Origin: Macrostomum lignano
Taxonomy: Eukaryota
Reading direction: 5' to 3'
DNA: 64,000 bases
NCBI GenBank assembly: GCA_002269645.1
Contig: NIVC01002622.1
Coordinates: 1-64,000, forward strand
The first letter of the stretch is position 1; the number at the start of each line of letters is the position of its first letter. This document shows positions 37,901 through 49,490 of the stretch, piece by piece. The position numbers were made by a program, and so were the translations under genes. The notes below the pieces were generated by a model. The model was not told where the DNA came from and did not search any database. It was given only the letters and a program-made list of their open reading frames with translations.

Positions 37901-38997
37901 GCTTTGGTAGCTGCACTTTTGCGAGGCTGACATCCTGGCAGGTTAGATGGGCCTTTGTAGCTTTGGTAGCTGCACTTTTGCGAGGCTGAAATCCTGGCAG
38001 GTTAGATGGGCCTTTGTAGCTTTGGTAGTTTTTTTATAGTATTCTGGCAGTCTAAATACAGAATTAGAAAATTCTAACAAAAGAAACGTCTCTCCAGTCA
38101 ATAAAAAATCTCTTCTGAAGTCTATCCAGTAAAAGATCGAATTTTTATTCAGATACTAATTACAGTTACATAGTTTTGATAGAGCTGATTGATGGGCAAC
38201 TCGGGCCACTGCAGAGGCAGATTCCAGCTAATGTCTTCATGAGGAGTGGTTCCTCGAGATTCTGGATTTGTCGCTGCACTACCTGTAAATATAAAATAAG
38301 TTGACATGAAAGACAAGCATGGGTCACTCAAGGACTACTAGACTAGAAGGACGCAACACTTGAAAATCATGCAAAAATGACTGAAGGCTGATAATTAAAA
38401 TGTCTGTATCTCCGAATCGATTGCATGTTGAAGGTTACTTTTTTCGACAGATATTTCAGATTTTTGTCCCCTACTGAGTAAGTAAGTTTAGTGTCCCACT
38501 GGATGTAGATGCTAGGAAAGACTGTACAATGGAGACCCTCTATTTTCGGGCGTTTGGTATTCAAATCGTTAAGTTTAGGGACCAAATGATGAAGGTAGTG
38601 AAAATCTTAAACGCAATTTTTTGTGAAAATTTTTTTTCAAAAATATTGGCACTTCGATCTATAGTTCGCTCTTTTCTAATACAACCTACGAGCGTAAAGT
38701 TATAAAAACATATTTTTTAATAAAAAATTTTCAGTCCTAAAGCCGTCCATGATCTCTTTCGAGGCTAAGGTCATTCCGCCAAGGTTCTCAACGAAGCCAA
38801 CCGACTCGCAGCTCGATGGCTCTCCAATTGCTGCCAAGTTGAACATCGCCTGCCTGCGTGAGTGCGGCAGCCACCCAATGTGCCTCTACACTTTGTACAA
38901 GCAGGGCAACTGCTGGCTGTTCTCATCTGGCAGCATCTCCGATAGCTTCATCAGCATCCTGAGCGGTGGAGATGCCAAGTTCATGCAGCTGAACTAA
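34938..38997 (+). CDS. Secreted F-type lectin (F5/8 type C, FTP) + PAN/apple protein, copy A, 266 aa; exons 34938-35001, 35323-35580, 37549-37764, 38735-38997
   Basis: All introns are GT-AG and phase 1; the spliced length of 801 nt is open. Signal peptide MKTLNLILLLLFCSQFAENVL. FTL motifs AKQSS, PWWMVDMG, VWNRINCCADRF, FTCP..GGRYLAV, LHFCEADI. PAN motif CLRECGSHPMC..CWLF. Confidence 0.88.
35064..35183. repeat. 14-bp VNTR CTGCTATTAGTAGA, 8 units + partial (11 + partial in duplicate, 52537-52698)
   Basis: Counted directly; the 42-bp offset change equals 3 units. Confidence 0.95.
35990..37480 (-). pseudogene. Degenerate non-LTR retrotransposon reverse-transcriptase fragment in intron 2, split by the piggyBac MITE (duplicate ~53505-54995)
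   Basis: Manual translation: WQEATIVFI.. (37220-37480); FRSG.SIEIALHAIVNKL, GTLDNV, VQKGGLQGGVLSP, LVMDKLL (35990-36420). Many lesions. Confidence 0.68.
36438..37217. mobile_element. Non-autonomous piggyBac-type MITE (780 bp), deletion derivative of the 29.1-32.0 kb element
   Basis: TIR CAGTAGAAAGACCA(C/T)G at both ends; flanks TTAA (36434-36437) and TTAT (37218-37221). The body matches the long arm. Confidence 0.82.
37734..38028 (+). repeat. 59-bp x5 tandem array duplicating the end of exon 3 plus its splice donor (duplicate 55249-55543)
   Basis: Units start at 37734, 37793, 37852, 37911 and 37970; there is a single unit in copy C. Confidence 0.95.
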
Positions 38998-39399
38998 TTA
39001 GCAATCTGTATATTCCTGTATCAATGCGTTTGCATGGATATTTTTTACACTCACATCGTTACACGTTACACTCACATCGGCCGAATTGCATGGTTTGTTC
39101 CGCATGGGATCCTCGGGGCAAGCCTCTTCTTCGCTTGGCAGTGATGGCAGAGCATCATCGTTACCGCATTCAATGAATCGGATGAACTCCATCAACTCGT
39201 TCATTCATTCGCCTCGATGACAATCGAATTCGACCAATTTATCATTCGGATGAGCGGCATGAATAGAGGTTAGGGCAAACAGAAGAAATATGAACATGTA
39301 TCCTCTGCTGCAGAGTTCCAGCTTATAAGACCACAGCTTCATTTAACATGTTTCGTCTATGGTAATTTCAGACTGTTCCGCTTAACTTTTCGTTCCAGA

Positions 39400-40450
39400 C
39401 GTTTTGTCTATGGCCATCATTTGGCTTGCGCCAAGTGGAAAATGCCTATGACACAAATCCCTAGAATCACTTAGTGAACAATTCCCGTCTGGGAAGTTGT
39501 GTCCTAGCCCTTTTGTACCGGCCTCGACGCTATGGCAGTTGTGTGTGAAGCGTGACCTCTCGATAATCATACATTGTGCCTAGTCTCACTTACTACTCAG
39601 ACTCATGCAGATCAGGGGCTGTAGTGAAATTTTCCTGAGTAAATTTGAGTTTCTATCACTTTGGAAGCGTCTCAGGAACACCTCCTGACTAATACAAAGG
39701 TCAATAACTCCGTGAAGTGTCTGTATGTCGAAGGCTCCAAGACAATCAATTGACTACATACATTTCTTCTTTTTACTCAAAAACACTCTAGTGAAAAAAA
39801 TTATCTTCAAAGATTAGGCGACTTTATTGTCAATTCTCTTTCACAATACGAGGTATCTATATAGGCGCTGGGTATCTATACAAGCACTGGGATTTCTGTA
39901 AAGTCTGTTGCGATCCTATTCCCAAAAGATTTTTGAGCTTGAAAGTAGCCATTGTTTTTTCCACAATTGCGAACCTTCCATGATTCTTAATACTCGTAGA
40001 AAAGGGCTCTTGAAAATGTTCCTATAGCGCATTGTCCTTACTTGGGGTTACTGACTTCAAGCAAGCCTATGAGAAACTAAAAGTTCCTGCGAATCCAATT
40101 TTATTCAATATTAACTATAAAGCGAATCTACTAAAGAACTTCTTGTTGATTTAAAGTAAGTATGCTCGATTCCAACAAATTCATATCTCTCTCGTATTTC
40201 TCAGACGCATCCGATTCTGTGTGAGTTTCTTTCTCCCATTTCTAAGAATTCCTTCTGAGTTTGGACAGGTGATGTCGCCAGACGAAATTCTCACGAGTTT
40301 GAAATTCTTGCCTCGCATTGTTTTCAGTTCCAGCTATTGACACTACTAGAATTGGCACTAGTTTGGTTGGTCCAAGCACTAACAGGCTCTAAGAATATCT
40401 TCTGACATAACTAAGGTGGATGAATGGTGCCTTTTATGTCCATTGACATG
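39400..40450 (-). pseudogene. Possible highly degenerate Gypsy integrase-core remnant (duplicate ~56915-57965)
   Basis: Only weak patches on manual translation (RIATDFTEIP, RYLVL, GVPETL.SD.NSNF). Confidence 0.3.
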
Positions 40451-40857
40451 CATGCAAACTTATACAAGATGGTACAGATTTTATCAGCTAAATATCCCTT
40501 TGAGGCTGTCATTCATGACAAGCTCACCCACATAAATCATAAAATAGCTACAAGTTAGATTTGCTGGTGTCATCGCAGATTCACATTTAGATTTTAGTAA
40601 AGCTGCACTAACTTACTTACTGCGAGTAGTGTGCTTGGGAAAAGTAATTAAAGAGTGTATTTGCTCAAAGCATCTCCGACTGTAAATATTATTGATTGCA
40701 TAAAGTTTGTCAGAAAAGTCAAGGCATGCGCAATAATAATAATACTACTCATACACACTCATTCACACGCTCACACAGGGTTTAAAGCGGCCTGAATTTC
40801 TAATTGTCAGGCATGTACACTCTCTGTGCCTTGGCGGTTGGCCCTCGTGGCTGTGAA

Positions 40858-41158
40858 TCGCACGACAATCCGCCGGCCAATTATTGGTGCATACAAGTCC
40901 CAAATGAATTTGGTGCTGGCGCCCTTGGTGCTGGCGCCCCTGGTGCTGGCGCCCCTGGTGCTGGCGCCCCTGGTGATGGCGCCCCTGGTGCTAAAGCCAC
41001 TGGTGCTAAAGCCACTGGTGCTAAAGCCCCTGGTGCTAAAGCCCCTGGTGCTGGCGCACCTAAACGAGTCTGAATTTTGGTTCGATTCGGTGCTTGTGTG
41101 CTCAAAAATTGGCCTTTGGGGTTGTCGTGCAAATAGACAGATAGACATTTGCACGACA
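40858..41158. mobile_element. Small element with imperfect ~50-bp subterminal inverted repeats, internal 15-bp array (GGTGCTGGCGCCCCT x~10) and 3' hairpin; Helentron/HINE-like (duplicate 58373-58673)
   Basis: GCACGACAA..GGCCAATT..CACAAG mirrors 41080-41130; perfect 12-bp stem at 41123-41134/41147-41158. Confidence 0.6.
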
Positions 41159-41881
41159 GTCATGTGCATCATGTGCATCATCAGTCATGCACATGATGGC
41201 CAGCCTCCAAAGCACAGGGAGTGTTGCAGAGACGATTAGAAATTGTCAAGGCCGCTGTAAACTCTGCATTTGCGCGACTGTAAAACAATTATTGGACAAA
41301 TTATCAAAGCATCATACAGCGCAGGCAGTAACCCGTCTGTTCTTTTGCTATTGTCTTATTGACATGATTTTTGCTAATTAAAATGTTACATGGCACGTAC
41401 CGGTATTTAATAAATAATACATTTGAACAAGATAAAACCGATGCTTTTAAATCTGCATGCACGTGTTCGCGCATCCACACAGCTTGCTGATCCTCTATTT
41501 GATGTAGCAACTGACCGGAAGCTTTCAGTTTTGTAGCTGCTGTTAATGCATTGTCGATCAGACAAATATGAGCTAGAGATGAGAATTTATCGCGAGGAAG
41601 AAGTTGCCTTAGCTAGTTCAGAAGAAAATGAAGCAAGCAGTCAGTCATCATGGTGACAGGATGCTTGCTTTTCTTGAAAAACTTATCTAAAAGGCGCCCT
41701 AATAGATCCACACGCAGTTTAATGGGCAAACAAAGTTTGCCGTTATGTTTGCTCGCTAACTGAAAGCTAGCTAACTTTTAAGCGTTTTAGTGTTCTGAAT
41801 GGCTTCCGCTGACTGATGGACGGCTAAATAAGACAAACCGGAGAGTTTGGAAGACAGTTTTGCTACTTTTGAGCATTCACG

Positions 41882-42604
<723 letters not shown>

Positions 42605-43543
42605 AAACTACACCCATGAGGGTACATGCCTGAAGATTAGAAAGTCAAGGTCGCTGTACACCCTGAGCAAGCGTGTGTATGAGTACGTGCCTACATACAG
42701 AATTGCGATCAGCGCTGGTTGTGGGATGATATCGCCGAAGGCATTGCGCTATGATGCCAACAAACTTTCTTAACTCTTCTTGTTGATAAGTTAATACCGG
42801 TATTCTCAGTCACTGGATTTATAGAGCTAGACAATTATTGGCTAGCGACTCGTGTTGGTTTCAAACACGTTGGCAGTGAGAGCAGCACAAAATTTGCCTG
42901 CTCGATCGTCTCCTCCGGTTTCTTGGCCGTGTGAGACGTGCGTTGTCGACATGCACAGCCGATGGCAGAAGTGTGCAGCGCAGTGGTGACTATGTGGAGA
43001 AGCCTCAGGACAATAGTACATAGTACCATAACCTTTGTGCCCGCTGGGCACTTATTCTTGCCTTTTAATGCCATGGACTACATTTAAGCCCGCTTGCAGG
43101 AGTCACACTTATACTTTAATGCAAATTAGCGGGCGGGCAACGAGAAATAATAAGAGAAAGAATGTGACAATCACAAAATTACGCAACGAGAAATAATAAG
43201 AGAAAGAATGTGACAATGTTGATTAACTTTTAACTGTTATTTCCTCAGCTTTCATGTTGCGGATGTTTTGTTGATTCGTTGAATGTTTCGTTTTTTCGTG
43301 CATCGGGTACAAAGCTTTGGTCTATGGCAATTTGCAAAAGTAGCACAGGGGTTGGGGCAGAAAAGTGCTCATATCTCAAGAATGCCAGCAGATACAGAAA
43401 TAAACAGAAGGTCATTTTAACGGGCAGATAATTCTCTTTTTAACTGCAACAAACTTAATATTTCTGATCGGTCAGAAAAGGCTGTAGTGAAGAAAGTATA
43501 GCACCGACTTTTGGGACACCCCTTGTACATGCTAAAAGTATTA

Positions 43544-44301
43544 TAGCTTTTTGCAGCCCATTTGGGCTTACGTGCATTTAATCTAATCCAAGATAGGTTT
43601 GCCAATGTAGTGGAGCTTTTGTCTATGGTAGCAAGGCTGCCACAGCGGCACTTAATTTAGTCCAACAAGCATCAATTTGGTCCATAGCTTTATTTGCAAC
43701 TGTTGCGGAGGAGCAAGATCAGCTCCACAATTGTGAACCACTCTAGGTTGTCGAACGTATGGCACTTGCTTGTGATCAAAGCACTCAACACAGGTGAACA
43801 CCCAAAGGACATTGCAAGGTTGCTGAATACAGAAGAAAGATGGTTTACAGCATCCATCAGCGTGTTGAAACCACTTCTGGCATAGGTCACCTGTGAAAGG
43901 TGGCAATCGCCAAGGCAAGTTGCTAGAGACTCAGGTCCAACTGCTACTTAATGCAATTGAGACGAACCCTTTGTTGACGGAGCAGAAAATGCAGCAGCAG
44001 TTGAAAGAACAGTTCCAGTTGGTTATCAGATTTGGACTATCAGCAGAGCTCTGGAAAAGCGACTGAAAATTGCTGGTACAGACGCTGACATTCCAGCGGT
44101 GCGCAACAACCCTTAGGCGGTTGCGAGAAGGCAAGAGTTTGCCATTGGCTCACAAGCATTTGGACCAAATTGATGCTTGCTGGACCAAATCGATAGCCGC
44201 TGTGGCAGCCCTGCTACCATAGACAAAAGCTTCACTACATTGGCAAACCTATCTTGGATTAGATTAAATGCACGTAAGCCCAAATAAGCTGCAAAAAGCT
44301 A
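43544..44301 (+). mobile_element. IS630/Tc1/mariner-superfamily deleted element (758 bp), ~140-bp TIRs, TA TSD, transposase HTH remnant
   Basis: 43544-43683 is reverse-complementary to 44160-44301; TA on both flanks. Remnant VIKALNTGEHPKDIARLLN...LLNAIETNPLLT..MQQQLKEQF. Confidence 0.75.
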
Positions 44302-44557
44302 TATTGAATTTTCATGAATTATTTGCCTTTGCAGAAACAGAGCATATCAAGTCCACTACTGATGGTACATTTAACGTGGTCAAGGATGCTATGCTTCAAA
44401 TGTTTCAACCCAATTATAATTCCCCGTCATTGTGATTGGTTTAGAGAACATGTATTTAAGTTTTGACACGACGCATTTCTGATTCCCTTTGGAAGCCATT
44501 TCCATTTGAAGCATAAAAATTTATTCTGAAAAATCATTGCTTCAAAAAGCTAGGGAA

Positions 44558-46761
44558 ATGAAAACGTTGCCAATGATCTTCAATTTAAGTCTGCTGCTGG
44601 TTTTCTGCTGCGATTTCTGCGCTCAAAAAGTGCTTGGTAGGTTTGATTTAACCGCGTCTCAGTGTAAGCTGTAACTTTGGTCTCAGGACTCGATATAATG
44701 GTGGCTGGGCCTTATTGAGTCAGGGGCAAGTCAGTGGAGCTGTGACCACCCTGGCGCGCTTTAAGCGACATTGTCACACAACCGGCGAGAGGCATTGCTG
44801 CCCATTCCGCCGACTCCCCTGAGCAGGCACACAAATGCTTGGATATACGCACAGGCACTCACTCACACAGGAGTGTACAGCGGCCCTAACTTTATATTAT
44901 CGTTTTGTCTTGGGGCTTTGGCCCTCAAGGCCGTAAAGTGCACGAGCAGAGCCAAGCCGAGATTCCAATTTAGCCCCAAACTGATGTGACTGCACTTGGA
45001 ATCGAGCCTGGGCCGCTGGCGCATCAGAGCGCCGCGCCAGACCACTGCTGGGCTACGCCCCTCCTAGACTGCTGTTAGTAGAAGCTCGAGATGGGACGTC
45101 TAATGAGAAAATATTTCAACTCAGTTTTCTATAAATAGGTAGCTTCGACAGCTCAAATTGAGATGATACATAAGAATAGGTAGCTTTGATCAGATTTAAT
45201 GAACTAGACTAAATAAATAAATATACTGTCATATGTGCATCGTCTGCAGGTGCCGAGAAAATCACCGTTCCCAAAAACAAGCCTGCTAAGCAGTCTTCAA
45301 AGTACCGCCCAAACGACGACCCAGCCCTGGCTAACAACGGCAACACCGGCGGCTCCCTTGTGCGCCTGTCGAACTGCTTCGAATGCGCGAACAACGACCC
45401 GCTACCCTGGTGGATGGTCGACATGGGAGAGATCTACTTTGTCCACCAGGTGAAGGTGTGGAACAGAATCAACTGCTGTGCTGGCCGGTTTCGGCAGGTT
45501 AGCGTTGGTAAGTTGCTGCTGCGAAGATTTTTTAATCCATTGTTTTACATTAACTACGAGTACATTGCAGCGATGGCAAAAATTTAGGTTTGATTTTTTT
45601 CTTTCTCACTAGTGTACATGTATCTTTTACTAATCGAAATGCTGAGAGCGGCATAAAGCTTGCATTTTGTGTTGGCATATTGGTAGCAATTTCGAGTATT
45701 TTATGTCAGCTCCATCAATCCGAATCAGTTCGACGAGTCTGACTGGTCAATATGCTATAGACGATGATCTTTTTGAAAGGGCAAGAATCACCTGGCAGGC
45801 TGGAGCTCAATGCTTTATGCCTGCCGCTTGAGAGATTGTTGGTAATTACGAGCATAATATTAACTTTCCACAAATATTAGCCTGCCTCCAAATTTCCAAA
45901 GATTTTTTTCATAAGAGACTTATGGGATAGTCTTCGTACTTTGAAAATTCGGGCACCTGGCTCAATGTTTCTACTTTGCTAACCCCTGAAATATGCCTCC
46001 CTAATCAAATCCTCTCTATATTCCAGGTGTGGCTAAAAATCCCATCGTATGGACGTCCTTCAACCAGGACCTGTTCGAACGCTGCGACTATTGGCCCGGG
46101 GTGGCCACGGTCGCTGACAATCCCATCGTGTTCACCTGCCCCAGCCCCATCGGAGGCAGGTACCTGGCCGTGTACAAAAACACCAGCGGACTGAGCGACG
46201 GCAGTGCCAGGCTGCACTTTTGTGAGGCTGACATCCTGGCAGGTTAGATGGGCCTTTGTACGAGCGTAGCTTTGGTAGTTCCTTCATATAATGTTCTGGC
46301 AGTTCAAATATAGGAACAATGGGCTACATCACCGTCACTGAGTGTTACTTGGGCTGATTAATAGGCAACAAGATTAAGACGCGCCGGTAGATACTGAGCT
46401 ACCGTATTTAATTTAAGTCACAATTATTGGGTATTTCTAGTTCGCTCTTGACCATCACCTTATTTTATTAAAACATATTCTTAAAAATTAAATTTCAGTC
46501 CTAAAGCCGTCCATGATCTCGCTCAAGGCCAAGGTCATTCCGCCAAGGTTCTCAACAAAGCCAACCGACTCGCAGCTCGATGGCTCTCCAATTGCTGTCA
46601 AGTTGAACATCGCCTGCCTGCGTGAGTGCGGCAGCCACCCAATGTGCCTCTACACTTTGTACAAGCAGGGCAACTGCTGGCTGTTCTCATCTGGCAGCAT
46701 CTCCGATAGCTTCATCAGCATCCTGAGCGGTGGAGATGCCAAGTTCATGCAGCTGAACTAA
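44558..46761 (+). CDS. Secreted F-type lectin + PAN protein, copy C, 271 aa; exons 44558-44636, 45250-45507, 46027-46242, 46499-46761
   Basis: Same GT-AG phase-1 exon structure (816 nt open). Signal peptide MKTLPMIFNLSLLLVFCCDFCAQKVL. Exons 2-4 are nearly identical to copy A. Confidence 0.88.
44690..45064 (-). mobile_element. tRNA-derived SINE in intron 1 of copy C
   Basis: Head GGGGCGTAGCCCAGCAGTGGTCTGG...GGCTCGATTCC on -; homologous to 27026-27370. Confidence 0.75.
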
Positions 46762-47334
46762 TCATCAACTATTCGGGAAAGTTTTGAAACAAGCTAAACT
46801 GAACTCGAATAATACTCGTAAAACAGCTTTTTATAGTTTCAGGTGAAATCTAAAGCCAGCGCGATAATAATTATTAAAAAAAGCTACTGTTTTAAATGAT
46901 GTAATTAAAATAAAATAAATTTATAATTTCCCAATTAGTTAACGTGTAACACAGATATTAGAATAACTAGATGGTCCACTCAGCACATTTGCGCCTTTTA
47001 GCTACTTTCAGTTCAGTAGTAAGTGAAACTGAAGAATTTTAATGTATTTTTAAACACAAGGATTATTCTTTGGCACTTACTCCCCCCCCAAGCTTGAACC
47101 TTCAGGCCTCAGACTCCATACAGAAACCTCTACCTTTTTTCCTAGCCAGCAAAAGCAGGAAATTTCATTGTTCGCAGGAAACAGAAAGAATATTTTGATG
47201 TGGTCTTTCAACTTCTTAAAAATTATTTCGAAAAATAAGATCTGGGTTGGAAGAACTACCTGTAGAAAGAACAACGCTATTAAATAGCTTTATATATACA
47301 GTAATAGCACTACGAGGTGGAACTCTTTGGGGCA

Positions 47335-47590
47335 GGTTCCGACACCTGGATCCTGACGGATGCCTTGGAGAGGCAGCTGGACGCTGCGCACGCGGCCATG
47401 CTGCGAGCGGCGTTCGGAAAGCAGCGGTCCAGACAGCGAGACCAATGCGCCGCGCTCTGCAGGTCAGATGCGGCCTTCTGACCTGCCTACGCCGGCGGCG
47501 ACTTCGACTGGCTGGTCACATCATTAAGTCGGAGGCCCGCTGCCCTGAGCCGCTGCTCTCTGACTTCTCCCCCTTTCTGGCTACTGCGTG
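47335..47590 (+). pseudogene. RTE-clade LINE ORF2 C-terminal fragment
   Basis: DTWILTDALERQLDAAHAAMLRAAF...LRRRRLRLAGHIIKSEARCPEP resembles the post-RT region of RTE elements. Confidence 0.72.
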
Positions 47591-47606
47591 ACTGGCGGGG
47601 TGTAGT

Positions 47607-47948
47607 ATGTTTTGTTGTTGTTGTTATTGTTGTTGTTGTTGTTGTTGTTGTTGTTATTGTTGTTGTTGTTGTTATTGTTGTTGTTATTGTTGTTGTTGTT
47701 ATTGTTGTTGTTATTGTTATTGTTGTTGTTATTGTTATTGTTGTTGTTACTGTTGTTATTGTTGTTGTTATTGTTGTTGTTTTTATTGTTGTTGTTGTTG
47801 TTATTGTTGTTGTTATTGTTATTGTTGTTGTTAGTGTTGTTGTTATTGTTGTTGTTATTGTTGTTGTTTTTATTGTTGTTGTTGTTGTTGTTATTATTGT
47901 TGTTATTGTTGTTGTTGTTATAGTTGTTGTTAGTGTTGTTGTTGTTTG
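47607..47948. repeat. (TTG)n microsatellite with TTA variants
   Basis: Direct inspection. Confidence 0.97.
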
Positions 47949-48708
47949 TTTGTTGGGGCAGGTCAAGAGGAGTAAGGAGAAAAGAAACACATAATTTCTT
48001 TATTTTTAATTAAGAAGTTCAGACGATTGAGATATATTGTGAACTAAGCTAGTGCTAAGAAAACTGAAAACTTACTCGCTAATCTTCTTTGCAGCGAACA
48101 CCGGCAAACTTTCAGCAAATTTGCAGCCAGCTGGTAGAAAAAAATGCTGTCAGTCATAGCTAAAGCAATTGAAAGCAGTAAAGCGGAGTGTGGATCCACC
48201 GTAGACCCTTGAGCTTGCCAAAGAGTTTCTTGTTCATATAAGGCTTTTCAGGTAACCATGGTTTCTAGCGTAAGCAGGATGCCTTACCTTAAGCATCAGT
48301 AAAGCGTTGCATTTTCGTGCTCACTTCTATCAACAATGCATCTTTGTCATTTGAGTTTCTGCCTGTGAGAGTCTGCTTCTGAGAGAAACAATGGGTGAAT
48401 GGCTCACTGAGCATGTTAAGAGCCAGGAAAAGCACTTGAAAGTTGGTTGTAGTTAAAGGCTCAAGTTTTCCTCTTAAGACTCTAAGCCACTAGTTAATGA
48501 AGACAAAGTCTTTTCGCCCCAGTGAGCTTTGGGGTTGGAATTTTATAATACCTAGTGTTGTATCGATTATTTAAAGACTTTCAAGGCATTATTAACGCTG
48601 ATGCTCCTAATATTTTGCGTCGTGTCATACATAAAGTTAGCCTAATAGATAAAGTAGGGCGAGAGTTGTAAAATGTCTCTAACGTCAAATGATTTATAGG
48701 AAGGGAAT

Positions 48709-49490
48709 TAGGGATGTCGATTCCCCAGGGAATTATCTTATCGGGGACCCCGGTGAAAAGAAAAAATAAGTAAAAACGGCGGATCACTTAAATTGTAAGT
48801 GGAATTTTTTAAACTTTGATTTAAGCTTTGTACTACATGTTCAAGGCGCAGGGGTAAAAATTTTAAACAATGTTTTTTTAAACTGTATTTGACAATGTGG
48901 CATCACGAAATCGTGCGCGCACCTTTATCGGAAAAGTGCATTTGTTGGAATGCATGCTAAACAGCTACGCTCGTGAGAGGATAATTAATGAATGAGACTG
49001 TTTTTATAATCGGAATTTTATTTCTTGCATATATATGTAAATCACCATTTTGTCCTTGTCTAATAGGGAGTATATGTATGACACCCCCCTATGCGTCAGT
49101 GCCTGACGCATGACGCAGCGCTGCGCCTGCGTCAAGCCGTCAACGCAGACCAGCACAGCAGTCACTAGTCAGTAAGGCTTCTTTTTCCTGACGGGTTTCT
49201 TTCCTACGTGCAATTTGCTTGATTGAATGACTTATTAGTGAAAAAACAATCAAACGTGTGTTGTGTTTCAAATTATACATGTAATGCATTGAAATAAGCA
49301 ATTATGCGGTAAAAGAGCATAGACAGAGTTTCAATCAGCTTTCTGTGAATCAGTTTCTTATTTTAATGGCAAAAATTAAGTTACAAATGCATTTTTTCAT
49401 ATTTTTTCTCCCCAGGGTCCCCGGTTAAATTCCCCGGAGAGTATTCCCCGACAAGCTCCCCGGGGAGCACTCCCGGGGTCAACATCCCTA
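48709..49490. mobile_element. Non-autonomous hAT (Ac-like TAGGGATG termini) element
   Basis: TAGGGATGTCGA / TAGGGATGTTGA (rc) ends, subterminal CCGGGG repeats, 8-bp TSD GAAGGGAA (48700-48707, 49491-49498; one extra T at 48708). Confidence 0.8.

Noticed and set aside
40804-41239. GAPGA elastin/collagen-like and LVLAP ORFs
   Set aside because: Six-frame readings of a 15-bp array inside a small mobile element; no signal peptide or exon context.
43345-43526. Second Tc1-type MITE (TACAAGGGGTGTCCCAAAAG end)
   Set aside because: Only one convincing terminus; the partner TIR is too degenerate to define the element.
44990-45064. Functional tRNA gene
   Set aside because: A and B boxes are present but the acceptor stem cannot be closed, and the head continues into a conserved non-tRNA body, so it is a SINE.
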